A stretch of 64,000 bases of DNA from Nitrospinales bacterium (GTDB lineage: Bacteria; Nitrospinota; Nitrospinia; Nitrospinales; JAJDAT01), in NCBI GenBank assembly GCA_038154245.1, contig JAYOZP010000001.1, forward strand, positions 3,022-67,021. Direction: 5' to 3'. The notes below the pieces were generated by a model. It saw only the letters and a list, made by a program, of their open reading frames with translations, was not told where the DNA came from and did no database searches. Position 1 is the first letter of the stretch; every line of letters starts with the position of its first letter. Both the position numbers and the translations under genes were made by a program. This document shows positions 1 to 9,228 of this stretch, one piece after another.

Positions 1-1
1 A

Positions 2-961
2 TACGCTTTTATGATTGAAAAATCATTACATATACTTAATTCAGATGGATTGTTTGGAATGATTGTACAACTGCCAATAGTATGTACGGATAGAATGATT
101 CCTTTGCAAGAAAAATTAGTATCGTGTACGAACAAACTTTGGTTTTCAAATTATGATGATCGACCAGCAAGATTATTTGATGGATTAGAGCATATACGAG
201 CAACTATATTTATTTCGAAAATGGGTAATAAAATTAATAACAATTCAACGAGAATATTTTCTACAAACTATAGAAGATGGTATTCCAATACCCGCCCTAA
301 TTTATTTGATGATTTTCTTTATGAAAATATTTCAGATATTTTACAGACAGGCGCAATACCGAAAATTGGAGATCCAATTCTTGCTAATATTTTTAGAAAA
401 ATTGTAAGGTTTTCAACTTTGGGACTTAACCTTTTAAATGGTAAGTTAATTTATTTTCACAATGCTCCCCAATATTGGGTTAGAGCTATGAACTTTGCTC
501 CCTACTTTTGGAATGAAAGAGACGGGGAAAAATTATCAACCCAAATAAAAAGGTTAAAATTAGAATCTCAAGAAAATGCTGACGCTACTGTGGCAGCTTT
601 GAATAGCTCAATATTTTATATTTGGTTTATCGCTCTATCTGATTGTCGTCATTTGAATTTGAGAGAAATAAAAACATTTCCTTTGGGACTAACCGAAATG
701 GATAGAGATTTAAAATCTAATTTTGGGGCGATAACCAGAAGCTTAATGAGGGACTTTGAGACCAATAAAAATCGAAAAAAATGTCAATATAAAAAGACCG
801 GCGAAGTGGTTTATGACGAGTATTTCCCAAAGTTATCAAAATCGATAATAGATCAAATAGATTTAAAGTTGGCAAAACATTTCGATTTCACAGATGAAGA
901 AGTTGATTTTATTATTAATTATGACATCAAATACCGTATGGGTATGGTTAATGGAAATTAA
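2..961 (+). CDS. C-terminal portion of a restriction-modification-type DNA methyltransferase (target-recognition region); the 5' end lies outside the window
   Basis: The frame is open from base 2, with no stop before the first ATG at 11. The block 'AALNSSIFYIWFIALSDCRHLNLREIKTFPL' and the N-terminal 'GLFGMIVQLP' resemble the conserved C-terminal half of Eco57I/TaqI-like N6-adenine methylases. Recognised by eye only. Confidence 0.5.
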   Translation, partial: YAFMIEKSLHILNSDGLFGMIVQLPIVCTDRMIPLQEKLVSCTNKLWFSNYDDRPARLFDGLEHIRATIFISKMGNKINNNSTRIFSTNYRRWYSNTRPNLFDDFLYENISDILQTGAIPKIGDPILANIFRKIVRFSTLGLNLLNGKLIYFHNAPQYWVRAMNFAPYFWNERDGEKLSTQIKRLKLESQENADATVAALNSSIFYIWFIALSDCRHLNLREIKTFPLGLTEMDRDLKSNFGAITRSLMRDFETNKNRKKCQYKKTGEVVYDEYFPKLSKSIIDQIDLKLAKHFDFTDEEVDFIINYDIKYRMGMVNGN

Positions 962-1514
962 TAGGTTCAAAATTATAACTAGGCAAAGAAAATCATTCGA
1001 TGTCCTAGGATATTCCCCTTTGTTGAAAAAGGCCAATAGGGTTGCTATTTTTTGTTCCAATAAATGCCCAGGTGAAATTATTCTGAAATGTCAAGATTGG
1101 GCGAACGGAATGATTCCTTCGGACACCGTAATTATTAGTGGATTTCATACCCCTGTTGAAAAGGAAGTTCTACGTATTTTATTGAGGAGCAATCACCCTA
1201 TTGTAATTTGTCCAGCCCGGTCTCTGGTCAAAATGCGGTTACCACCATTGTGGAAAAATGCCATTGAATCGGAAATTCTTTGTCTTGCTTCGGACTTTCC
1301 TCCCAAAATTACTAGGGCAACCAAGGAGACAGCAAAACAACGAAACCATTTCGTAGTCAACTTATCTAACTCGATTTTGATTCCTTACGCTGCCAATGGC
1401 AGTAAAACAGAAGCCTTAGCCAAAACCTTATTGGATAAAGAAACTCCTGTATACATATTTGACAGTTCTTATACCCAAAACTTAAAAAAACTGGGATGTA
1501 TAATGATATCTTAA
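951..1514 (+). CDS. Stand-alone DprA/Smf-like Rossmann (SLOG-superfamily) protein
   Basis: The block layout is colinear with the DprA core: 'RVAIFCSNKCPG ... VIISGFHTPVEKEVLRILL ... PIVICPARSL ... QRNHFVVNLSNSILIPYAANGSKTEALAKTLL..TPVYIF'. This matches GSR..., SG.A.GID..AH..AL, VL..G.., RN.ii..ls....v.ea...SG...Ta. I prefer the ATG at 951, which overlaps the upstream stop by 11 nt, over the ORF-track ATG at 894. Confidence 0.5.
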   Translation: MEINRFKIITRQRKSFDVLGYSPLLKKANRVAIFCSNKCPGEIILKCQDWANGMIPSDTVIISGFHTPVEKEVLRILLRSNHPIVICPARSLVKMRLPPLWKNAIESEILCLASDFPPKITRATKETAKQRNHFVVNLSNSILIPYAANGSKTEALAKTLLDKETPVYIFDSSYTQNLKKLGCIMIS

Positions 1515-1840
1515 ATTCATTAAATAAAGGTTTTAATTCTATAAAACTGAAGGATTAGTAGAAATAAGATAAACTCTAATTAACTTATGTGGTTCTTTTT
1601 TTGAAATTAAAAAATGACTCAGATAAATTGCGTTTAAGTTGGATTTGAAAAATCAGATTTGATTTCATAATTAAAAACCAATTTTGTGTAATTCCTGTGT
1701 AATCTTGCTTGGAAAAGTAATAAAAATTAAGGTGAAAGATAGAAGTTTGATCGCTCTGCGAAAACGCTTTTTCCATTTATAATTAATAAGTTAAGAAGTT
1801 TTGAGAAATCTTTAGAAAATAGGGCTTAAATACTGAAAAT

Positions 1841-1877
1841 CCTCGTGTCGGCGGTTCGATTCCGTCCCTCGGCACCT
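1841..1877 (+). other. Orphan tRNA 3'-end fragment (T-arm plus 3' acceptor strand), probably an att-type direct repeat
   Basis: 'ggcgg-ttcgatt-ccgtc' forms a T-stem/loop with the canonical TTCGAnT loop. It is followed by the 7-nt acceptor strand 'cctcggc' and 'a'. No complementary 5' acceptor strand 'gccgagg', D-arm or anticodon arm is present in the 90 nt upstream. Confidence 0.6.
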
Positions 1878-2009
1878 CTTATTTTCAAATATTTATACTT
1901 CTTTAAAACAGAGTTAGCCTCCCTCCGAGTTTTTCTCAAGGTTTCTTTTAATTACAAATTTAAGGAAGCATTTTCGGCAGGAGAAACAAAACTTTTTAGA
2001 ATTAATAGA

Positions 2010-3095
2010 CTAATTCAATCTCGCCTTCACAAAAGATTGGACAGTGCGTTTTATTAAATCTGGATATCCCTTCACGTCGTATAAAACACTCACATTTGTC
2101 GCACATTCAAAGGTGCAGTGACATTTAGTGCATCGAATCCATTTTTGAGTGTCTTTTACTTTCTGCGATTTCATTAACTCTTGCATATCATAATTGTAAT
2201 CTCTTAAATTACCCAAAGAGTCGTTTAAAATTTCGCAAGGCCTCACCTCGCCTCTTTCCGAAATAACAACCAATCTTTTTCCAGCAACGCAATCAAATTG
2301 ATATTTTTGATATAAATACTCATTAAAAATAAGGTCAAGGCTTCTTTGAGTAATAGCCCTGATAACGGGAGAGAACCTTCTTGATTCGGCGTTATTATAT
2401 AATTTTTCTCTCAACGTAATTGTTTCTCGGTAAAGTTTAGAATTTACATCTTTAACAGATTCATCTTGCACATTGCCGCGCGCAATCATCAGCATATGAT
2501 TGTCGGGCTTAAATTCATCATGCACCATATGAAAAAGATCTTGAATGGTTTCTTGATTATCGTTTTGAAGAACGGTGGCAAAATCTATCGTCAAGCGATC
2601 GTGCGCTTCGGCTAATGGTTTTAATTGGCGATGGGTTTCCTTTAATTTTTGATAATTGCCTGGAACTTTCCTTATTTGGTCGTGAAGAGGTTCGTGACCG
2701 TCTAAAGATAGAGATACTCTTAGGTGTGTGTTGGGACATTTTTTTACAATACTTGAAACGCATCCAACTATTTGGTCCGTATTAATGCCATTGGTTGGAA
2801 GCGTTATAAAACGAACACCATTATTTTTGGCAAATAACTCGCAAATTTCTGGTAAATCTTTCCGTAATGTTGGCTCTCCTCCCGCAATTGAAAGCTGGAT
2901 TAAGTTACCTGAACTTTCAGATATTTTGCGTATTTCATCAAAAGTTAGTTCTTTAGACCTTTCAGCGCTTTCAATTTCTTCTAAATAAAAGCACATTTTA
3001 CAACGTGCGTTGCATACAGCTGTAACGTACAAAATATAATAAATCGGATCTTGCTTTATGAATGTTGTATATAGATCCTTAATAATATTTATCAT
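2010..3095 (-). CDS. Radical SAM protein with a Cys-rich SPASM/twitch-like C-terminus
   Basis: CX3CX2C motif in 'VTAVCNARCKMCFY', 'SIAGGEPTL' SAM-binding block, and C-terminal 'CTKCHCTFEC' cluster. Confidence 0.75.
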   Translation of the reverse strand: MINIIKDLYTTFIKQDPIYYILYVTAVCNARCKMCFYLEEIESAERSKELTFDEIRKISESSGNLIQLSIAGGEPTLRKDLPEICELFAKNNGVRFITLPTNGINTDQIVGCVSSIVKKCPNTHLRVSLSLDGHEPLHDQIRKVPGNYQKLKETHRQLKPLAEAHDRLTIDFATVLQNDNQETIQDLFHMVHDEFKPDNHMLMIARGNVQDESVKDVNSKLYRETITLREKLYNNAESRRFSPVIRAITQRSLDLIFNEYLYQKYQFDCVAGKRLVVISERGEVRPCEILNDSLGNLRDYNYDMQELMKSQKVKDTQKWIRCTKCHCTFECATNVSVLYDVKGYPDLIKRTVQSFVKARLN

Positions 3096-3096
3096 C

Positions 3097-4104
3097 TTAA
3101 TTCTTAAAAATTAACTCTTCGCTGTTCATTCGAAAAATGAATTGTAATAAACCGAATAAAAACCCAACGCTAATCACAAAGGAGAAATAGATATTCAAAC
3201 CTATCATTACAATACCTTTCAAAACTCCTTTTTTGCTTAAACAGTGTAAAAAAAACTTAAAAAAAGTTTTAAGATAAATAAAAAAAAAGGAAAGAGGAAT
3301 TAACAACAAATAATCATAAAAAAATAAAGGAGAAAATAATATTGCCGGAAAAATACTGGCAGTCCCAAACCCCATATTACCCGAAGTAATACCTCCCGAT
3401 TCAAATTTTTTCCTACGCACAAAAATCTTTGCCCAATATGCGACTCTATTAAAATAAGTTTTCGTCAATTTTTTAAAGTCGGGGAAATGATGTTTTACGT
3501 AAAAAGATGGGACTAAAAAATTGGTATATTTTTTTATTAAACGATAACCGAATTCTTCATTCTCATAATCCATTCCCCATTTTAATAACTCGTTAAAACC
3601 ACCCAAATCATCAAACACCTTTTTTTTTATACACGCTCTTGAAGAATCAAACACTTCATAAGGAATGATCCCTTTAAAAGAGAAAAAGTAATTGTTAAAA
3701 ATTGCTTTATATTCTGGTACCGCCCCTTTATTTAAAGGTTCATAATGATAGATACCAGTGATCGCGTCCGCGTTTAATCTTTCTAATTCCTTTAAGGCAG
3801 AGTCTATAGAATCTGGGAAAACTGTTGTATCTGAGTCAAAGAAAAAAATGTACTCTCCCTTGGCGACCATTGCTCCTTTGTTTCTAGCCGTGGCGGGACC
3901 TTTATTTTCATTTTGTTTAACTAGCTTTATAGGACATTTGAGTTGCAAGTTCTCAACTAAAACAGGGGAGTTATCGGTCGAACAATCGTCCACAACGATT
4001 ATTTCTATATTTTTATAAGTACTTTCAGCGATTGATTTAATGCATTTTTCAATCGTATTTGCAGAATTATATGAAGGAATAACTACCGAAACTAAAGTCA
4101 TCAA
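3097..4104 (-). CDS. Family 2 glycosyltransferase with a C-terminal membrane region
   Basis: 'VSVVIPSYNSANTIEKCIKSI...IEIIVVDDCSTDNS' and 'FFFDSD' (DxD) are typical GT2 signatures. The C-terminal third is hydrophobic. There is a 1-nt gap to the downstream radical SAM gene. Confidence 0.8.
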   Translation of the reverse strand: MMTLVSVVIPSYNSANTIEKCIKSIAESTYKNIEIIVVDDCSTDNSPVLVENLQLKCPIKLVKQNENKGPATARNKGAMVAKGEYIFFFDSDTTVFPDSIDSALKELERLNADAITGIYHYEPLNKGAVPEYKAIFNNYFFSFKGIIPYEVFDSSRACIKKKVFDDLGGFNELLKWGMDYENEEFGYRLIKKYTNFLVPSFYVKHHFPDFKKLTKTYFNRVAYWAKIFVRRKKFESGGITSGNMGFGTASIFPAILFSPLFFYDYLLLIPLSFFFIYLKTFFKFFLHCLSKKGVLKGIVMIGLNIYFSFVISVGFLFGLLQFIFRMNSEELIFKN

Positions 4105-4121
4105 TAATCCTTTTAAATATT

Positions 4122-4226
4122 AATGAGGCCTCTAATAATAAACATTTATACTAATTTGCTATCGCCTAGCGCTTGATTTTTGGGGCTAGGCTCTTGGCAA
4201 TTTTGAATTTTTAGAGACTCCCTTAA
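4122..4226. repeat. Palindromic intergenic repeat, subfamily A, copy 1
   Basis: Ends 'gaggcctctaataat' and 'tttttagagactccc' are inverted repeats. Internal hairpin 'ttgctatcgcctagc...gctaggctcttggcaa'. It shares a 26-nt identical run, 'tcttggcaattttgaatttttagaga', with the copy at 51500. Confidence 0.85.
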
Positions 4227-4319
4227 TATAATGAATAAAATTTTCAGCGCTATTTTGGAAAAGTTTTTGTTTGAGGGGGTTAGCGGCAGGAGAAACAGAA
4301 AAGTCTTTCAGTAAGATTT

Positions 4320-4423
4320 AAGGATATCTCTAATAATTCAATATTTTTACTTGAGGCAACTCGTAAATCCTTATTTCATAAGGTCCGCTCGTAGCCAAAA
4401 ACTGTTTTTAGAGGTCCCCTTAA
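4320..4423. repeat. Palindromic intergenic repeat, subfamily B, copy 1
   Basis: It has the same end motifs ('atctctaataatt' ... 'tttttagaggtcccc') and the same length class. The internal blocks 'aggcaactcgt' and 'gctcgtagc' are shared with the copy at 13547. Confidence 0.75.
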
Positions 4424-4441
4424 CTTATTTTTTTGAATAAG

Positions 4442-5965
4442 TTATCTTGTCCTAACAACATTTTGGTACATCTGATAATTTTTATCGCTCGAATTTTTAG
4501 TTTTGTTATTTATTACGAGCGATCCAAAGGAGTCAGAAAGAATATTAAAGGCCATTCCCCCCTTCCGTTTTAATTCCTCCATTGAAGAAAGGGCTCTCGC
4601 TTCTTTCCAAATTCGTTTAGGACTAAAATAATATGAAAACAGGGCAAAATTCTTCATTTTAATGAGGTTTCTTCTATCCAAGTGGTCTTCAATTAAATGA
4701 GGAATTTCAAAATTTGGAACCGGTTTTTTTGTATATTCTAGCCAAAAATCAAAGGGTATCAATTTCTCTTCTAACCCCATGTCGTAAAGGGAAGTTCCTG
4801 CATAAGGAATTGTAACTGCAAAAGCGGCGTAATCAGTTTCAAGTTTTTTGGCAAAAGAAATCGTCTTTTTCATATCTTCGCGAGTTTCATCTGGGAAACC
4901 AAACATATAATAAGCCATGGTATCAAAGCCTGTAGATTTGGCGAGACCGATTGCATGTTCGGCTTCTTCCAAAGTAGTGGCTTTTCCTGTCGCATCTAGA
5001 ATTTTCTTGGAGCCTGTTTCAACTCCAAAATGAATCCGGTAACACCCTGCTTTTTTCATTAATTTATAAATATCAGGATCGGCTCTTTTTACTCTATCTC
5101 GAATGGCCCAATTGACTTTAATACCTCTATCGATGAGACCCTGGCAAATTTCCAAAACTCTTTTTTTCGACCAAGTGAAAGTATCGTCATAAACTTGAAC
5201 GTCGGAAATTCCTAAATCTGCAATAGCCTGAAACTCATCGACAACCTGTTCTGCTGTTCGGCAATACACCTTTTGAACATCCATTTTACAAAAGTTGCAC
5301 TTGTGTGGACAACCTCTGGAGGTCACCATAGTCGTTTCAAACAGATTCGGATTTAAAACGGAATTATATTGTTTATATGGCAATAAAAGCCGATCAGGAT
5401 GGGGAATTTTAGTAAGATCCTCTACCATTGCTAGGTCGTTAGCAGGTTCTAATATTTTGCCGTCTAATTTTCTATACAAACCTGGCAATTCTTCAACCAG
5501 CTTTCCTTCGCTTAAATTCTTAGCAACGTTTAGCAGAACGTCCTCGCCATCGCCACGAACCACATAATCTGCCTCAGAAAATTCTAGTGTTTCCTTCGGG
5601 AAAACAGAACAGTGAGGACCGCCAAGAATAACATTACAATCGGGAAGCTTATTTTTAATTAACTGCACAGTCTTCCAAACCGGGAACCAGAAGTCTGTCC
5701 AGGTAGTGAGCCCTACAAGGTCTGGTTTTAATTTAGCGATACGCTCTGCGGTTTCTTCGTTAGACAATTTTTCTAACTGAGCGTCGATACAAGTAATATT
5801 TTCAAAGCCTTGCGACCTCAAATAAGTGGCCAAAATCAGAATGGCAAGCGGGGGCTTATAACCAACTCCTCCTCCCTTATAATATGTAAAAAGAGACGTG
5901 ACTGCCTCGTCTGTGGAAGGCTGAACTAGTACAATTTTAAAGTTCTTATTTTGATGGAGATTCAA
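4442..5965 (-). CDS. B12-binding-domain radical SAM protein (class B type)
   Basis: N-terminal flavodoxin-like block 'KIVLVQPS...LVGLTTWT...ILGGPH' followed by 'TSRGCPHKCNFC' (CX3CX2C). Colinear paralogue of the proteins at 7525 and 20821. Confidence 0.8.
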   Translation of the reverse strand: MNLHQNKNFKIVLVQPSTDEAVTSLFTYYKGGGVGYKPPLAILILATYLRSQGFENITCIDAQLEKLSNEETAERIAKLKPDLVGLTTWTDFWFPVWKTVQLIKNKLPDCNVILGGPHCSVFPKETLEFSEADYVVRGDGEDVLLNVAKNLSEGKLVEELPGLYRKLDGKILEPANDLAMVEDLTKIPHPDRLLLPYKQYNSVLNPNLFETTMVTSRGCPHKCNFCKMDVQKVYCRTAEQVVDEFQAIADLGISDVQVYDDTFTWSKKRVLEICQGLIDRGIKVNWAIRDRVKRADPDIYKLMKKAGCYRIHFGVETGSKKILDATGKATTLEEAEHAIGLAKSTGFDTMAYYMFGFPDETREDMKKTISFAKKLETDYAAFAVTIPYAGTSLYDMGLEEKLIPFDFWLEYTKKPVPNFEIPHLIEDHLDRRNLIKMKNFALFSYYFSPKRIWKEARALSSMEELKRKGGMAFNILSDSFGSLVINNKTKNSSDKNYQMYQNVVRTR

Positions 5966-6141
5966 TTTGAATATCTTATTTAATGTAAGACTTTATTAGA
6001 GTAAATTTTGGGCTTATTAAATTTACCTGTAATCTTTAAAACGTTTAATCAATATACCATAACTATCTATCGGAGATTTCTATTAAAACTTTCACAAAAA
6101 CCCGCTGTTAACAAGCAAAAAAATATCCAAACAAAGTAAAG

Positions 6142-7110
6142 TTAGTGATCAGTTTTCAAATCAGAGTCTATTTTTTTTTCAATAAGGTTTTTTCGCCATT
6201 CTCTTCCTTGGTGGTAAGAAGCATTGATCTCCAGGAAATATCCCCAAAATGGAAGAAATGTACTGATTCCCATAAGCCATGCTAGAGAAAAACAAAATAA
6301 GATTTTTGAAACTACAGATAAGCCTTCGCCCAAGGTTATAAAAAATACAAGCGTGATACAGGCTAAAACAAAAAAGAAAAAAGCGACTTCGCAAAAAAAG
6401 TGAAACGGCCTAATTTGAGTGGTTGTGGCGGTTGAAAGAGCTATGATATCAAGAAGACCTCTATAACGAATCAGCTTGTACTTTGACTTACCAAACTTTC
6501 TTTTTTGATGATTCACTTCAACTTCTGAACACTTAAAGCCTTTGTGATTTATTATCACTGGAATGAGGCGATGCAAATCCCCCCGCAGATCCAACCATTT
6601 ATAAACTTTTTTAGTAAATGCCTTATAACCACAATTCACATCTTTGATTTTAAGGTTAAAAATCAAAGAAATTATTAAATTAAATACTTTGGAAATGAAT
6701 CGTTTTTTGAATTCATCTTTCCTATCCAAACGACGACCATTGACAAACTCGTACCCTTTTTCTAATTCTTGTAAAAGTTTTGGGATTTCCTCCGGAGGGT
6801 CTTGAAGATCAGCGTCGATTGTAATAGCAAATTCACCTTTTGCCTCGTCGAAACCTTGCATTAAAGCTAACGATTTCCCATGATTCTTATAATGACGCAA
6901 CACAGTAAGGTTTGGGTAATTTGAAGCTAACGATTCTAACTTCTCAAAGCTGCCATCCGTACTGCCATCATCAACGATAATTAACTCAAAAGGCCTATTC
7001 AATTCATCAAATACACTCTTGATGCGCGAACACAGTTCTTCGAGCGATTCATTCTCGTTAAATGCTGGAACAATTATACTTACCAAGGGGTAATCCATTA
7101 TGACGCTCAA
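6142..7110 (-). CDS. GT2 polyprenyl-phosphate glycosyltransferase-like protein (GtrB/ArnC/Dpm1-like) with two C-terminal TM helices
   Basis: 'VSIIVPAFNENESLEEL...LIIVDDGSTDGS', 'IDADLQDPPEEIPKLL', then a hydrophobic C-terminus. This architecture is typical of enzymes that load sugars onto polyprenyl phosphate. Confidence 0.75.
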   Translation of the reverse strand: MSVIMDYPLVSIIVPAFNENESLEELCSRIKSVFDELNRPFELIIVDDGSTDGSFEKLESLASNYPNLTVLRHYKNHGKSLALMQGFDEAKGEFAITIDADLQDPPEEIPKLLQELEKGYEFVNGRRLDRKDEFKKRFISKVFNLIISLIFNLKIKDVNCGYKAFTKKVYKWLDLRGDLHRLIPVIINHKGFKCSEVEVNHQKRKFGKSKYKLIRYRGLLDIIALSTATTTQIRPFHFFCEVAFFFFVLACITLVFFITLGEGLSVVSKILFCFSLAWLMGISTFLPFWGYFLEINASYHQGREWRKNLIEKKIDSDLKTDH

Positions 7111-7524
7111 TCTTCCCTCAACTTCAAAACGATTAGTTACTATCTTTCTATTTTCAAGTTTTGAGCGATCAAAACCTAAAAATAATTATGGGAGTGGCGT
7201 TTTTCAGCGCCCACTAATTCCTTCATTAACTTTAGTTTGTTTGCTACTATATAGTTGATTTTTTGCTTTAGTTTATCAAAGCTTGTTTTTTTAGCCCGCT
7301 TAATACCTTTCAAAATCAATACTTTATCAGATGGCCACTGTTTTTTAAATAAATCTTTTTAAACTACTATTGCCATACAAAATACTAGAAATTTTCCGCC
7401 CCACTTTAGGTCAATTTCTACTTTTTCAAACTAAGGGCGGATTTTTAAAAATAAGAGGCTTTTTAAGCCTAAATTATTTTTGATTATTTATTAAAAAGTC
7501 ATATAGAAATTAAGAACTTTCTGC

Positions 7525-9093
7525 ATGGAGAGAAATAATAATTCAAATCAACCTTTTGAATCTGGTTCTAATGAGACTATAAAAGCCAGGGTTGATGCGG
7601 CTTTTATATACCCTCCTTGGGCCGTTGTCGACGGCCGCGCATGGCTTCAAAATAGTCTTCCTCCATTAGGTATTTTATCGATTGCTTCCTATTTGGAATC
7701 TTTAAATTACATAGCAAAAATTTATGATATTCATGGGGCTTGTTTGGATGAGACGGAACTTCGACTATCGCTTCGACGCGATTCGCCGCGATACATTGGT
7801 ATATCTGTTCTCACCAGTATGGCAATTCCATCTCATAAAATTGCCCGAATTTGTAAAGAAGAGATCCCTGATGCAATTGTAGTTGTGGGTGGCGCCCATG
7901 CCGAAGCGGTTCCTGAGCTAATGTTGAAAAACAGCGCTATTGACGTTGTTGTCCGCGGAGACGGCGAAGAACCAATGCGCCAAATTATGGAAGGTATCCC
8001 TTTTTCCGAAATTGACGGGTTAAGTTTCCGACAGGGTAAAACTATTCAACATAATCCTGCTGGAGAAGTTTTAATGGATTTGGATAAATATCCCTTTCCA
8101 GCCTATCATTTAATTGATTTTAAAAATTATTTCCCGGGACCGGCAACTTATCGAAATCTTCCCGCCACAAATATGCTGGCGACGCGCGGTTGCCCAGGGG
8201 CTTGTGTGTTTTGCAATTCTGCCTTTACAACACTTCGGACACGCGATCCCGTAAAAGTGGCTGAGCAGATTAAAATGCTAGCCGAAAATTATGGTATTCG
8301 CCAAATTCAGTTTTATGACGACACTTTTACAGTAATGAAAAAGTTTGTTCTTAAATTTTGCCAAAAAATGGTGGAATTTAATTTAGATGTTTCTTGGAAT
8401 GCTTATATTCGAGGCGACTGTTTTTCCGATCAACTTGCGTCGGCAATGAAAAGCGCCGGATGTCATCAGGTAATTTTAGGTATTGAAACAGGTAATGAAA
8501 AAATTGCCGAACGGATGGGAAAACCTATTTCCAAAGAACGTTATTATGAAGCTATGAAAATAGCGAAGAATAATGGGCTAGAAGTGCGAGGATCATTCAT
8601 TATCGGACATATGGATGAAACATGGGAAACCATGGAAGATACTTTAAACTTTGCTCTGGACCTAGATTGCGATTTGTTACAGTTGGGAATTAATACACCT
8701 TACCCTGGCACCCAACTTTATAAAGAAGCTATTGAGAGAAATATGCTAATTCATCAAAATTGGTATGAATACGGGCAAGGCAAGGTATTAATTGAACAAC
8801 CTCAACTTACCAAAGAGGAAATTGAAAAGTTTTACCTTTACGCATTTAGAAAATTTTATTTACGCCCAAAATCAATACTTCGATTATTAAAGCGTTTAAC
8901 GAATATTAGAAATATTAGAGATTATTTGTTAGCCGCCTACGTTTTTTTACTTGGCAAAACCAGGAAAGATTGGAAAAAACTAGACTGCTGGATGGATCTT
9001 AAGGAACAAGATTATTGGGATCTCGAATTGGACAACCAAGATGAAGTATTACGGCTTACATACGAGTTACGTCAAAAAGAATTTATTACTTAG
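7525..9093 (+). CDS. B12-binding-domain radical SAM protein (class B type)
   Basis: 'ATRGCPGACVFC' CX3CX2C preceded by a B12-binding-like block 'IGISVLTS...VVVGGAH'. Colinear with the protein at 4442..5965. Confidence 0.8.
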   Translation: MERNNNSNQPFESGSNETIKARVDAAFIYPPWAVVDGRAWLQNSLPPLGILSIASYLESLNYIAKIYDIHGACLDETELRLSLRRDSPRYIGISVLTSMAIPSHKIARICKEEIPDAIVVVGGAHAEAVPELMLKNSAIDVVVRGDGEEPMRQIMEGIPFSEIDGLSFRQGKTIQHNPAGEVLMDLDKYPFPAYHLIDFKNYFPGPATYRNLPATNMLATRGCPGACVFCNSAFTTLRTRDPVKVAEQIKMLAENYGIRQIQFYDDTFTVMKKFVLKFCQKMVEFNLDVSWNAYIRGDCFSDQLASAMKSAGCHQVILGIETGNEKIAERMGKPISKERYYEAMKIAKNNGLEVRGSFIIGHMDETWETMEDTLNFALDLDCDLLQLGINTPYPGTQLYKEAIERNMLIHQNWYEYGQGKVLIEQPQLTKEEIEKFYLYAFRKFYLRPKSILRLLKRLTNIRNIRDYLLAAYVFLLGKTRKDWKKLDCWMDLKEQDYWDLELDNQDEVLRLTYELRQKEFIT

Positions 9094-9228
9094 AATATAA
9101 GATATATTTTTAGTCTTTTTTGCACATATCGATTCCCTCTACATTCAAACCTAAAAACTGCCGCCTTCTCTTAATCAAGAATCTAAACCTGCAAATATTT
9201 TTCGCATCATACCCACCTAACAATTAAG

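Noticed and set aside
1845-2057. 70-aa ORF on the plus strand
   Set aside because: It starts inside the tRNA-fragment sequence, overlaps the 3' end of the convergent radical SAM gene and has no SD. It is most likely spurious.
4190-4215. 'cttggcaattttgaattt' inside the repeats resembling a sigma-54 -24 'TGGCA' element
   Set aside because: The GC of the -12 element is missing at the required spacing in every copy, and the orientation is opposite to the flanking genes.
7111-7524. Possible cobalamin riboswitch in the 414-bp divergent region upstream of a B12-type radical SAM gene
   Set aside because: I could not find a B12-box-like core or the expected multi-stem architecture. Only small AT-rich hairpins are present (7158-7176 and about 7399-7443). 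Infernal would be needed to exclude one formally.
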